The notes: generated by a model from the sequence alone, not told the origin. Numbered from the stretch's first letter, positions 1 through 12,456 are shown. The stretch: DNA of 64,000 nt from Octopus vulgaris (GCA_951406725.2 OX597821.1:93744001-93808000); one strand, 5' to 3'. Made by a program: numbers and translations.

Positions 1-104
<104 letters not shown>

Positions 105-219
105 ACTTTGCAGCATGGACGTAGTTGCTTCAGCAATGAAAGCCCTGAATCTTCCCAGCCAGTAATCCAGTCTACACGAGAGCCACTTGATAAATCGATT
201 TAATGAATCAGAAACAAAC

Positions 220-2850
220 TTAAAAATAGAGAAAAATAGACAGACAGACAGATAAAAAGATAGTGAGAGAGAGAGAAAGAGAGAGGGTGGAGGAAAATCT
301 AGAGAGAGACAGGGACGAGAGAGAGAAACAGACAGACAGGCAGAGAGAGAGAGGAGGAGGAGGAGGAGGAGGAGATGAAAGGTTGGAGGAGAAGGGTATC
401 TATAATGTTAAATGTAGCGAGACAGTAACTGATCTGACAACTAATTAATGATTCAATAGCCATCTTTTCTAATGACCTGCTCTTTCTTGTGTTGATTAGA
501 ATGGTTGAGTGGACTGGAGACATGGAGAGGTAGACATGGGATGAGATGGTCATTGTACAGAGAAAGAGAGACAGAGAGAGCAAGAGAGATAGACAGGCAG
601 ACAGACAGACAGAGAAGAGAGGATGGAGAAAATTTGAAGTGGTGGAGGAGAGGAGACTTTTGTGTGTGTGTGTGCATGTGTGTGTGTGTGTGTGCGTGTG
701 TGTGTGTGCGTGAGAGAGAGAGAGAGAGAGAGAGAGAGTAAGAAATAAAGTGATTGAAAAAGATGTAAAAAAGAATTAAAGTGATATAAAGCAGGAGAGA
801 GAGAATTATTAAGGATGGATGAAGGGTGGGAGAGCAAGATTTAGGAATATTGAAAGTTACTTTGTGAGATGGGGAGTTGTAGTGAAAGAGAGATAGAGAG
901 AGACAGACATAAGAGACAGAGACAGAGACAGAGAGAGATGCAGAGACATGATAAGAGCCACAGAGAGAGAGAAACAGACAGATAGATAGACAGAGAGACA
1001 GAGAGACAGACAGATAGATAGACAGAGGGAGAGAGAGAATAGGGTGGTGGTATCTGTGGTTGAAATAGGGGAGGTAGTAACAGACAGACTGATATGTTGT
1101 CAGTAAAGATGATGACAGAAGGAGGGATGGTGAGAGATGTGATGAAGAGGAGTGGTATGAGGAGAAGGCAATGACAGGAGAGGAGTGATTTGAGGATAGG
1201 TAATGACAGGAGAGAGAGAGAGATGATCATGATCATGACAGGTGATGACAGAGAGAGAAAGGTCGTAATAGATGAAAAGGTAAGAAGAAAAGTGATGACA
1301 GAGATTTGGGTTGAGGTGTCAAGAGAGAAGGAGGTTATGAAGAGAGGTAGGTAATGACAGAGAGGGAGAAAGAGAGATGGAGAAAAGAAAGGTGATGACA
1401 GTAAGAGGTCATAATAGAAAGGACAGGTAGCAACAAAGAGAAGTGAAAGATATATGAACAGAGAGAAGTGATGACAAAGTGCGTGGTGAGGTGAGGAGAA
1501 GTAATCAGATTTGATAAAAATAGAGGTGATGACAGAGAGAGCAGGTAATAGCAAGTGTTAGAGTAAGTGTATCGGTGATAACAATGAGAGGAGTGGTATG
1601 AGGATAAACATTGAAAGAGAGGTGTGATAATAGAGAAACAGTATTATCAATAGGGGAGGGAATGAAAGGAGAGGTGATAATAAAGAAAGGGATAGTGTGA
1701 GGAGAGGTGCCAAGGAGAGGTGCCAGGAGAGGGGTGACCTTGCGATGTGGTAGGTAGAGATATGACACAAAGCATTCAATATTGTGGTTGTTTTGTCTGA
1801 GTTCAGTTCTGATCCAGCAGAATTATATGGTCGAAAGTGCTCCAGCTTTGATCACCCTGAGCCATCTAGAACCACTGCAGTCCCTGTGTCCTTTTTTTAA
1901 AAGACGTTAAGACGTTAGAATGGGAGTTGGGTAAGATGTTGCTGCTGTTTTTGGCAGGTCAAGTGACTGTAGATGTTCCCTCTTTGGTTTGTTGCACAAG
2001 AGAGGGATGATGAGAGAGATTGCAACTATGTGATAGGAGAGGTACGTTGTGAGTTCAAATTCCGCCGAGGTCGACTTTGCCTTTCATCCTTTCGGGGTCG
2101 ATAAATTAAGTACCAGTTACGCACTGGGGTCGATGTAATCGACTTAATACCTATGTCTGTCTTTGTTTGTCCCCTCTATGTTTAGCCCCTTGTGAGTAAT
2201 AAAGAAATAGGTATTGAGAGAAAGAGAAGGAGAGAGAGGAGAGAGAGAAAAATTGAGAGAAGAAAGGCTAAAGAAGAAACAGATGGTGGGGTGAGATGAG
2301 GTAGAGACTGGGGGCAAAAAAAAACAGGAGAGAAAGCTGGGAAAAGACAAAGAGAGAGGAATGAGAAGGCAAAGGAGGAAAGTGTGAGACAACACGGAGA
2401 GAGGGTGGGAAGAGATGAGGGAAAGGGACTTAATGATATAAAGTGAGAAGTGTAGAATGAGGGAAGACAAAAGGAGTGGGAGTAACAGGAAGATGGGAAT
2501 AGGAAAGGATAAGAGGAGAGAGGAGGAGAGAAACAAAAAGAGAGGGAGAGAGAGAAGAACCTATTGGATATAAAGAGTCAAAGGAAGGTGAGATGAAGTA
2601 GAGAGAGAAAAGAAGAAAAAGACTTAGAGAGAAAGAGTGAAAGAAAGAGTGTGGGTGGAGGGAAGAAGAGTGAGAGAGAGAGAGAGTGATGGTAAGAAAT
2701 AACAGAGATACAAAGAAGATGAAAAGGAAGAGCCAGATTAGTGGGCAGAAAATGAGAATCACAGAGAGAGTGGAGGAAAATGTCAGAAAACCCAAACAGC
2801 AAGATAGAACCAAGAATTTGGTGAAAAGAGTGATAAGACAGAAGGAAATT
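220..2850. repeat. GA-rich low-complexity region with (GA)n/(GACA)n tracts
   Basis: Purine-rich degenerate repeats, interrupted by a SINE and older repeats at ~1780-2210. Confidence 0.9.
2043..2209 (+). mobile_element. SINE family A (MetaSINE-like), 5'-truncated
   Basis: B-box GAGTTCAAATTCC, central GCCTTTCATCCTTTCGGGGTCGATAAA..AGTACC domain, AAAGAAATA tail; many copies in the window. Confidence 0.9.
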
Positions 2851-3402
2851 GAATAGTTTCTGCTTAAAGTTCCATTACCATGTCCTACTGAGTTCACCAG
2901 ATACAACTGCCTCTTCTTATCACCCATTCAACACCTTGCCTCTCAGAACCCTTAATAGCCATTATTCCCAGTTTTGCTTCTTAGGACAGTAACTCCTTAC
3001 AATTCTATCCCCTCCAATGTTTTTCTTGCAGTTATCCAGATCCATGTGTTTAAACTGAACAACAACCACATTAGACTCACTAGTTTCGTGGGAGAGCATT
3101 ACAAAGTCATTGGAGTAGTCACCTCCTGATAAAAGCCATAAATATATATATATGATATTAAAATTAAAAGTAATATTAATTTATCTCCCTCAATTTTTAA
3201 ATATTTAAATAAATACGTTCCCTAGTTGTAAGCATTACCTGCAGTGAATTATTCACTGCAGCCCTTCGCTTCAGGAGTCTCTTAGCGCGCCAGAACCAAG
3301 ACATTTGAAATTTTATTCCCGATGTAATCAGTAAGACTAAGCACGTGTCTGTCTTGACACAGAGAGCTGGGGTTAGTCTTGCGGTTTGCATCTCGAGGAC
3401 CG

Positions 3403-3478
3403 AATGTACTGATGAAGTCACGAACACTTGAATTATGCAAGTAATTCTTTTGTTAAGACCGAAACCGAGGTATGCATT
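3403..3478 (+). ncRNA. Type I hammerhead ribozyme motif, copy 1
   Basis: Stem I AATGTA/TGCATT, core CTGATGA, stem II GTC/GAC, GAAA, stem III ACC-GA-GGT, GTA cleavage triplet. Confidence 0.7.
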
Positions 3479-3953
3479 TAAGTCTGTTTTTTATTTAATT
3501 TTTCATATGTCCTGCCCGCCAAATTTGGTTCTGGTGTTCGCTGAATTCTTCCTCTAGAGAATTTCCCTTGTAGTTCGATCGTTGATGATCTTCTTCTAGC
3601 ATTCTGGCCGGCTACCTAGCAGGCCAGCCCTGCCAATATACACATATATTTGAATTTTCTCTGACTCCTCAGATTTTTTGAATGCTGGACTACTGGTTTT
3701 AAATTGATATTAAAATTAAAAGTAATATTAATTTATCTCCTCAATCTTTAAATATTTAAATAAATACGTTCCCTAGTTGTAAGCATTACCTGCAGTGAAC
3801 TATTCACTGCAGCCCTTCGCTTCAGGAGTCTCTTAGCGCGCCAGAACCAAGACATTTGAAATTTTATTCCCGATGTAATCAGTAAGACTAAGCACGTGTC
3901 TGTCTTGACACAGAGAGCTGGGGTTAGTCTTGCGGTTTGCATCTCGAGGACCG

Positions 3954-4029
3954 AATGTACTGATGAAGTCACGGACACTTGAATTATGCAAGTAATTCTT
4001 TTGTTAAGACCGAAACCGAGGTATGCATT
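3954..4029 (+). ncRNA. Type I hammerhead ribozyme motif, copy 2
   Basis: Same architecture as copy 1, 551 bp downstream. Confidence 0.7.
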
Positions 4030-4186
4030 TAAGTCTGTTTTTTATTTAATTTTTCATATGTCCTGCCCGCCAAATTTGGTTCTGGTGTTCGCTGAATTCT
4101 TCCTCTAGAGAATTTCCCTTGTAGTTCGATCGTTGATGATCTTCTTCTAGCATTCTGGCCGGCTACCTAGCAGGCCAGCCCTGCCA

Positions 4187-4254
<68 letters not shown>

Positions 4255-4259
<5 letters not shown>

Positions 4260-4430
4260 GAATCCAAACAAGAAAACAAAAAAAACAACAACGCAAGGAC
4301 GTGGAACAAATAAAGTATTATTGGACGCTTAGGAAAGAAGGGAAGAAGGAGGGTTTGACGTTTCGAGTGGAGCTCTTCGTCGGAAACATAGGAGAAGGAA
4401 AGATCCCGAGAAGGGAAGACAGGGGAAAAA
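4255..4430 (-). mobile_element. Penelope-like pLTR fragment with minimal hammerhead motif (4353-4387)
   Basis: Minus strand GTTT-CCGACGA-A-GAG ctcca CTC-GAAA-CG-TC-AAAC; flanked by (TA)n; related to 7390-7545, 7912-8085, 17940-18070 and 22165-22348. Confidence 0.7.
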
Positions 4431-5167
4431 TATATATATATATATAATATATTACAGACATGTACTTGCATACCAAGTGACCTGATCTGAGATCGTGTGC
4501 TGAAACAAAAATAATTTTAGCGTGGAAGGTTTTTATAAACCATTTAAAAACACACTAGATTCACTTCAGCATTTAAATTTAATTTGTCGAAATATTTTCG
4601 TCGCTTTGAAACCGCGACCTGTTCACTGTCATTTGAGACATTTGAGACATTAGTGCCTGAATAGACACTGAAACTATATGTCGTTTTCAGGGAGATTCGG
4701 CTGTTATGTTGCTACTGGGTGTCTGACACTGAGGATCTCCAGCAGGACGACATCATGTGATGTGGCAATCCCAGTAGCCATAGCAGATGGTTCTCGTCTG
4801 TCAACGATATAAATATGAGTGCTTATTTTTTAAGCGTTATTCTATTGGTCTCTTTTGACGAACCGCTAAGTTATGGGGACGTCAATAAACCAACACCAGT
4901 TGTCAAGCAGTAGTGAGGGACAAACATAATCACAAAGAGACACACACGCACACGCGCACACATATAATGTGTGTGGTGGGTGTATCAGGTTGTCCAGAAA
5001 GTTCTGAGCGATTTCAGGATTCGTGTCTCTAAGCCCCTCATGCAACAATCCTAATCTTCGTATGACTCATATTTCAGAATTGTTTGCAGTATTGAAGCCT
5101 ATCAGCTAAGTTCCACGTTAAAATTCAGCATACATTTTACTCTTTTCAGCTTTAATTGCCATTTGAA

Positions 5168-7231
5168 ATGGATAACCAAAAGTTACATATTCACCACGTA
5201 TTACTTTGCTTATTCAAAAAAGGTGAAAATGCTACGGGAACATGTAAAATCATTTGTGGAGTTATTGGTGAAGATGTAGTAGGTCAATTAACATGTAGGG
5301 AATACGACCGTACGTAAGAAGTTGGTGACACATGACTCCTTTGGAACGCCGCACGGTCGCCCCTAACAATATAGGAGCCACAATACATGATATAAAATAC
5401 AGTGCCAAAAGGAATGAATGAAGGACGACAACAGTTCTACTGTTTGAGAGAAGAAAGACTTTATTTACAAAGTGTACAAAGATGATGTATGGGTGCTAGC
5501 AAGGTGTAGTGTCTGAATGTGCGCGCATGGGTGTTTGTGTCTGTGAGTTCGTGTATGCGACAGAGGTGTATGCGTATAAAACAGAATACAGAGCATAAGA
5601 TCAGCATATTGAGTTAAGATGGAATTTGTTTACCAGTTCGTAAGTGAGGTACACGATAGAAATAGTTCTATAACAAGATGTTGTGGACACAAGGCAGAGG
5701 CCGGTTGGGTACATGTCGTGCAGCGGTTTGTGAGCTTCAATGCCGTGTCGAGTCTCTTGATACAGAAAGTTCTTTCAGGTAGACTGTAACTGTTTTACCT
5801 CGGTGAAATATTCACAAACAGCGTGGAGTTTAGACCTGGACGGTGTTGATGTGTACATGTTGTTGAAGTCGACGGAGATGGAGACGACGTAGAGTTGAAA
5901 GACGACGATGGTGATGGCGATGGCAGAGGGAGACGACGTCGAGATGAAGGCAACGGAGATGGAGAACGTCCTGTCTGTAGCTGGTGTATAATAGCGTCTT
6001 CATAGCTGGAGCAGTAGCATGGCTGGCTGGCTGACTGGTCGTCTGTCGCTAGAACTGGAAAATGGCTGAGTAGCTCTGTGGTCAGTGACTAGACCTTAGA
6101 AGATCTAGAGCTAAAGACCTGGAAAAATGAATGCTGGGCTTTCTATATGGTTTAGGTGGCTCAAATGAAGGATCAGAAAAACAGTGTCACGAGACCATAT
6201 CCAAAGGCCGTGATTGGTTGGCTTACACACTGGCACGAAATAAGTCCAAAGACAAACTGCGCCAAATGCCAACCAATCAGAGCAGTGGACACAACAGGGT
6301 CAAACTAACCAAAGATGGTTGTAATCTACCACGAGATTATTTCTAATATGTCTCTCAAACAGTGAGGATATCAGTTACGCTACAAACAGTTCGAAGATTG
6401 TTTTCAAAATTTAGAATGACAGTCGCTGTGGAAGACCCTCAACTGTAGATGACGATAGTTTGAAGGTAACCATCGAAGAAAACTTGAGCATTATGACTAG
6501 AGAACTTGCAGAGAAGCTGAAAGTTCCCAAAGTACCGTTCACGAACATTTAGTAAAAATTGGGTATGCTTTTCGCTATGACGTTTGAGTGCTTCACAGAC
6601 AGTCAGAACAAAACCGGTATTCCATGTGTGATATGCTTCTGAAACGTAATGAAAATAAGCCTTTCCTGAAACAACTGGTAACTGGAGATGAAAAATGGAT
6701 TGTTTACGATAATATAGTGAGTAAAATATCCTGGAGTTTTGTATGAGGACCTCCAAAACAGCTTCCAAAACAGAATATTCATTCGTAAAAGTCATGATTT
6801 TTGTCTGGTGCAGTTTCAAATGCATTATTTACTATGAGCTACTCTCGCAAAATCAGACCATCAATTCGGATGTGTACTGCCGTCAGCTAGCATCAAAAGA
6901 TCGAGAAATTGAGGCCAGTGTTCTCCAATAAGAAAGAGGTAGTGTTCCACCAGGACAATGTCTGACCACATTGTCTTTGGCTACCCACACAAAGTTGCAT
7001 GAACTTGGGTGGGGTCTCTTGCCCCATCCACCATACTCCCCTGACATTGCGCAATCTATCTTTTGTTTTTGTCTCTGCAGAACCCTCTGAAAGGAAAATC
7101 ATTTAATGATTTAGATGGTGTCAAAACCCACTTAGAGGACATCTTTTCTCTAAAAACACAATTAAATATTTAAATCGCCTGCTAAGTGGACTAAGGTCAT
7201 AACCAGCAATGGGAATTACTTTAATGAATAA
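5168..7231 (+). pseudogene. mariner transposase pseudogene, interrupted by a solo LTR
   Basis: MDNQKLHIHHVLL..KKGENA; GRPSTVDDD; LVTGDEKWIVYDN; VFHQDN; LPHPPYSPDIA; NGNYFNE*; contains stops and frameshifts. Confidence 0.9.
5294..6384 (-). mobile_element. Solo LTR (Gypsy-like), 1091 bp
   Basis: TGTAG...CTACA termini; 4-bp TSD AACA (5290-5293 / 6385-6388); CCAAT motifs ~6211-6280; minus-strand AATAAA ~5460; transposase resumes across it. Confidence 0.85.
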
Positions 7232-7389
7232 AGATGAGAGTATCTTTAAAAATTTTTATTCTTTATTCAGCTTAAGAAACGCTAAGAACTTTCCGGACAA
7301 CCTGATATGTGTGTGTGTATATATATATATACACACACATTTCAAAATACACGTGGACTGTTAGCAATCTTATTACCTCCTTCTTCCTT

Positions 7390-7545
7390 TTCTTTTAGAT
7401 ATTCCTATGTCTCCTGTTTCCGAAAAAGAGTATGCTCGAAACGTATAACAACCACTCTTTCTTTCCTTCTCTGAGCGTCTCATTAATACTTTGCATGTAC
7501 TACGTCCTCGTGTTGTTTTTTCTTCTTGTCTTTTTTACTCCGTTT
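7390..7545 (+). mobile_element. Penelope-like fragment with degenerate hammerhead
   Basis: TTT-CCGAAAA-A-GAG tatg CTC-GAAA-CG-TA; homologous to the reverse complement of 4255-4430. Confidence 0.6.
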
Positions 7546-7565
7546 TATATATATATATATATATA

Positions 7566-7903
7566 TAAAGGGTAAAGACCCCCTTCGGTCATGAATGACC
7601 ATGGGATTGCACCTAGAAAGTTACCCTCCTAGACACAAGTCCGGGCAAGGTTGTTTATGGAAGGCCAGCAGTCGCCCATGCATACCAGCCTCCCCTCTCC
7701 ACGCCACCAGTGTTATCCAAGGGAAAGACAAACGTCGATACAGCTTGGCACCAGTGACGTCGCAACTCATTTCTACAGCTGAGTGAACTGGAGCAACGTG
7801 AAATAAAGTGCTTTGCTCGAGAACACAACACGCAGCCCGGTCCGGGATTCGAGCTCACAACCTCACGATCGTAAGCTCGACGCTCTAACCACTGAGCCAT
7901 GCG
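7566..7903 (-). mobile_element. SINE family D (tRNA-headed, CORE-like)
   Basis: A-box TGGCTCAGTGG and B-box GAGCTCGAATCCC on the minus strand; TTTACCCTTTA tail; second copy at 12121-12456. Confidence 0.85.
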
Positions 7904-7911
7904 ATATATAT

Positions 7912-8085
7912 AGGAAGAGTTACGAAAAAAACAAAAGACGAAGACAGGTGGTGTACAAAACAAACATGTATTAGTATAACGCTCAGGAATAGAAAAAGTC
8001 TTTTACGTTTCGAGCCTACGCTCTTCAACAGAAAGGGACACAGAAAAAACAAGGAGAGAAAAAATGTATGTAGTGGCTAACGATC
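7912..8085 (-). mobile_element. Penelope-like fragment with minimal hammerhead motif (8000-8035)
   Basis: Minus strand CTTT-CTGTTGA-A-GAGC gtag GCTC-GAAA-CG-TA-AAAG; near-identical opposite-strand copy at 22165-22348. Confidence 0.7.
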
Positions 8086-8097
8086 TATATATATATA

Positions 8098-8695
8098 CTT
8101 GGCATTCTCTTTCTTTAATCTCTCTGCTTCCCTTTGTTATCTCCCTTGTACCTTTCCTTTCTCTCTCTCTCTCTCTCTCACTCTAGTTCCTTCCCTATTT
8201 TTTCAATCCCTCGGCTCCCTACCTCTCTCTGTTCCTCGCACGTGATCGGTGCTCAGCCAAGCATGATCTTTCTTTCTTGGCCTGACTACCGCTCACACAA
8301 CACCATATTTTCCAGTCTCCTGATTTTCGTCTATGTTTGTTGCCCCAAGGCTTCCACTTCACATGCCAGCTTAGCTCAACTTGTATTTTTAGTCGAAAGA
8401 CACCTGTTGTTATTCTTGTTGTTTGTATTTCTAATCGTGTAACATTTTCTCCGTTTTCTCGATTTTTGTCCGTGTAGTCGCACATATTCACTCGCTTTAA
8501 TGCCCTTAGCTTAGGTTTTTGGGGTCTAACAATTCTGAACAGTCTCAAGTGTTACAGACCGAAACTGTAATGATGACTGGACGCTTGACTGATAAATAGA
8601 AAGCCACAATGTTCTGTCCTGCCGTCCGTATTTGTCTCGTCCATCTGTCCGCATGTTTTTTTTGTCGTCAGTTACGTTCTTGTTCCGTTTTTTGG
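8098..8695 (+). mobile_element. Probable Penelope-like pLTR with hammerhead-like motif at ~8531-8572
   Basis: Starts after (TA)n; CTGAACA-GTCT...AGAC-CGAAA-CTG-TA; T-rich tail. Confidence 0.45.
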
Positions 8696-8883
8696 ATGCT
8701 TAGCAGTATTTCGTCTGCCGCTACGTTCTGAGTTCAAATTCCGCCGAGATCGACTTTACCTTTCATCCTTTCGGGGTCGATAAAATAAGTACCAGTTACG
8801 CGTTGGGGTCGATATAATCGACTTAATCCCTTTGTCTGTCCTTGTTTGTCCCCTCTGTGTTTATCCCCTTGTGGGTAGTAAAG

Positions 8884-8888
<5 letters not shown>
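8695..8888 (+). mobile_element. SINE family A
   Basis: Matches family A body and tail; ends in (TA)n. Confidence 0.9.
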
Positions 8889-8935
<47 letters not shown>

Positions 8936-9113
8936 CGATTATAGTAGGATAAGTAAACGAAACATATTCTCTCCAGTAAGAGTTAAATATCATTTAATAT
9001 ATACAATTTACAAAAGAGGTGCTAATAGTTTCATAATGTAGAGATACAATAATTCGGCAGATTCATATAACATGCCTTGTATCTACAAGCAATCTTTCGG
9101 GTTCAGTGCATAT

Positions 9114-9746
9114 TGTTAGATGTATTTAAAAACCAGGATACTGGTCTATGAGAAATCATGAAAAAAACTAGATATTTCTACATAAGATTTTCTTCAGCAT
9201 TCGTATTTGAAAATTTATGAGATTCACCTGTCATATTTAGATAAAACTCTGTTGTTTTCCGTAACATCTTAGGTTAAATTCAGTTCAACAGAGATGAACT
9301 CATTCACCTTCTTTTGTTATTCCGACCTACTTCCAACTTTCAAGCATGTATAAATACAGAACCCAAACAAAATTCTTCCTCTTTGTATCTGGCATTTGCT
9401 GGAGGAAAATGCTTCTCACTTTCACTCAGCATTTAGCAGAATTAATACCTTCGCCGAAAGTGTATCCACTCCCTTTTACTCGGCACTTAGTCGAATATTT
9501 TCAAGCAGTTCATTTTCGCTTTTAGATGTCGCACATCCTTCTCTTTCTAGCTTACCTATCTCTCTAATACCAACATCTGACACAAACATTACCAAAAGTG
9601 TACTAGCCGTCTCGTTACTAACATCTTACCACTGTAAAACAACAGACTACTACAACTTTTGTATACTGTTCCTAACAACGAGTTGTGACGGATAAATAAA
9701 ATGTGTATGAAATAACTTTTTTCTTTCTGCTGATTTACTTGTTACA
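9114..9746 (+). mobile_element. Diverged LTR-like repeat, related to 14828-15414
   Basis: Shared blocks AAATTTATGAGA.TCACCT and TATAAATACAGAACCC; AATAAA ~9695; ends ...TACA; no clear TSD. Confidence 0.45.
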
Positions 9747-9884
9747 TACCACATTATCCCAAAGAAGTTATATAATCAGCTATCCATACTAATATCCACT
9801 GCGTCACTGCACCTATTGCATCTATCAGTAACATAATAGTTTTGCACACACACACACACACACATATACACATACACACACTTC

Positions 9885-10040
9885 ATTTGTGTATTAAGGT
9901 TACCATTGGTTTCATGTTAAGAATATATCTTTATACCTTAACAATTTTTCAAGCCATTCTTCCATATGATCAGCTTGAAAAATTTTAAGATATTAAAATA
10001 TCTTTTAACATGAAACCAATGGTAGCCTTAATGCACAAAT
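9885..10040. repeat. Imperfect inverted repeat with degenerate hammerhead 3' half
   Basis: TTTGTGTATTAAGGTTACCATTGGTTTCATG... / ...CATGAAACCAATGGTAGCCTTAATGCACAAA. Confidence 0.8.
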
Positions 10041-10246
10041 AAAGAATTTTTATTCACCAATACGGCAGTGAGCACTCATTCTCATTGTTCGACATTTACA
10101 TATATATATATATATATACATACATAAGGATAAGATCGTTAATTTAAATTAAATATCGAATTATGATTTAGGGTATCTACGAGATATCGCAATGCTGAAA
10201 ATAGCAACCAAAATCTGACTCTAAACCACATTAAATGTTCATACAT

Positions 10247-10425
10247 TTCGTCTGCCGTTACGTTCTGAGTTCAAATTCCGCCGAGGTCGACTTTGCCGTT
10301 CATCCTTTCGGGGTCGATAAATAAAGTACCAGATACACACTGGGGTCGATGTAATCGACTTAATCCCTTTGTCTGTCTTTGTTTGTCCCCTCTATGTTTA
10401 GCCCCTTGTGGGCAATAAAGAAATA
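10247..10425 (+). mobile_element. SINE family A
   Basis: Matches family A consensus; ends in (TA)n. Confidence 0.9.
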
Positions 10426-11143
10426 TATATATATAACAAAAACTTAATAAACAAGGGCGTTTTTTTGCAGCTCTCTAATTAAAGGTATTTTAAGCCAGTG
10501 CTTATACAATTTGTCCTACCTCCAAATTGCTATTTGATTTTTATATCATTAGGTATTTCATGGCTTTGCTAGTAATTTCTGTTGCATCATCACAACAGCT
10601 TATTTCATCTGACATTGTTATGCATTGGTTTACAATTGTCATATTATGTTAATATGTCCATAAAGTTTTCTATGAATGAGGCCATCGTCTGTTTCATTGA
10701 AGTTATATTCCCCACACTTTTGTAAACCACACGTGTTCTATCAACCACCAGCTTGAATGTCTTGTATTTTTGCATGCCATGCATGTCAACATGGTATTTC
10801 ATTTTAAATTATGTGTTCTAAGCATTTTAACACCATTTCAAATGAGTTGATTCTTGTCTGTAGCATTATTCAATCAGAATCTCTTCTGTTAAGTATCATT
10901 AGTTACCGGAATCCGCTGAGACTTGTATGACTAGCTCGTAGAATTCTGTTCCATTCAGATGCAATTACCATTAATAAAACTCATATTTTGGTTTTGCTTA
11001 CGTTTCAGGATTAATACTTGCATTTCTACAATGAAACCAGTAATGCTGGAGTCAGACCTCACTAAACAGCCTTGTTCCATAACCGCTACCATTACTCACC
11101 GAACTTTTTAAAAGTTCCCAATTATGCACACACACACACACAC

Positions 11144-11181
<38 letters not shown>

Positions 11182-11183
<2 letters not shown>

Positions 11184-11428
11184 CTAAAAATAAGGGTGTC
11201 TGAGAGACACCACCATGCCGAAATAGCAGTCAAATCCCTGACTCTAAAAAACCACCTTAAATGTTCATATCGCACCATGAGATAAGACAGAGGGACAAAA
11301 TAGACTAGCAAAAAGATCTTTTTGCTAGTCTATTTTGTCCCTCTGAACATTTAAGGTGGTTTTTTAGAGTCAGGGATTTGACTGCTATTTCGGCATGGTG
11401 GTGTCTCTCAGACACCCTTATTTTTAGT
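11182..11428. repeat. Fold-back inverted repeat with perfect central palindrome
   Basis: ~86-bp outer arms; central CAGAGGGACAAAATAGACTAGCAAAAAGATCTTTTTGCTAGTCTATTTTGTCCCTCTG. Confidence 0.92.
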
Positions 11429-11502
11429 TGTAAAAAATTATTACCTTTGTATGGTATTTTTTCCCATGCTGGCCACTTGATAATATCGATATTATCCTTA
11501 TT

Positions 11503-11634
<132 letters not shown>

Positions 11635-11682
11635 TGTGTTTATAAGTATATTTCCTGTAAACTTGATATTTATGGCAATATT

Positions 11683-11895
11683 CTTTTCTACTCTAGGCAC
11701 AAGGTCCTAAATTTTGGGGGAGAGGGCCCAGTCGATTAGGTTGACCCCAGTGCGTAACTGGTACTTAATTTATCGACCCCGAAAGGATGAAAGGCAAAGT
11801 TAACCTCGACGGAATTTGAACTTAGAACATAAAGACAGACGAAATACCGCTATGCATTTCGCCCGACGTGGTAACGTTTCTGCCAGCTTGCCGTC
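11683..11895 (-). mobile_element. SINE family A variant with alternative 3' tail
   Basis: Family A head and central domain; tail reads TTTCTACTCTAGGCACAAGG on +. Confidence 0.85.
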
Positions 11896-12120
11896 TTTTG
11901 ATAGGATATTAACATAGTGGGTAGCCTCGCTTTCAAAGGTTATACTTTTGCTATCCAAGAGCATGAGATAGCTACGAAATACCTAATTGATGAAACAGGC
12001 AGTGATTACATAATCAGAGACTTGAATACTTGCATCAGACTGGGATCAGATAAAAGTACTCGAGTAACTGGATGTAAGATTAAAGTGGCAATAGATTATG
12101 TCCATCAATTAAGAACAGAA

Positions 12121-12456
12121 GGCGCATGGCTCAGTAGTTAGAGTATCGGGCTTACTAACATGTGATTGTGAGTTCGATTCCCGGACTGGACTGTGTATTG
12201 TATTCTTGAGCAAGAGACTTTATTTCAGTTCAGTCAGCTGTAGAAATGAGTTACGATGTTAGTAGTGTCAAATTGTATTGGCCTTTGCCTTTACCTTAAA
12301 TAGCAAAGGTGGTGTGGAGAAAGGGAAGCTGGTCTGCATGGGCGACTGCTAGTCTTCCATAAAAACAACCTTGCTTAGACCTGTACCTCATAGGGTAACT
12401 TTCTAAGTTCAATCCCTTGGTCATTCGTGACCAAAGGGGATTTTTACCCTTTACCC
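12121..12456 (+). mobile_element. SINE family D
   Basis: GGCGCATGGCTCAGTAGTTAGAG...GAGTTCGATTCCC; homologous to 7566-7903. Confidence 0.85.

Larger units (their letters stand above)
3153..4196 (+). mobile_element. Tandem ~551-bp-period direct repeat (Penelope-like pLTR / retrozyme-like), each copy with a hammerhead motif
   Basis: 3153-3645 and 3705-4196 are near identical, flanked by (TA)n; each contains CTGATGA...CGAAA-CCGAGG-TA. Confidence 0.8.
4985..7305 (+). mobile_element. Decayed mariner (DD34D) transposon
   Basis: TA flanks; TIRs TCAGGTTGTCCAGAAAGTTCT / AGAACTTTCCGGACAACCTGA; transposase remnants inside. Confidence 0.92.

Noticed and set aside
11198-11235. CTGAGAG...CGAAA as a hammerhead
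   Set aside because: Core does not fit CTGANGA and stems I and II do not pair.
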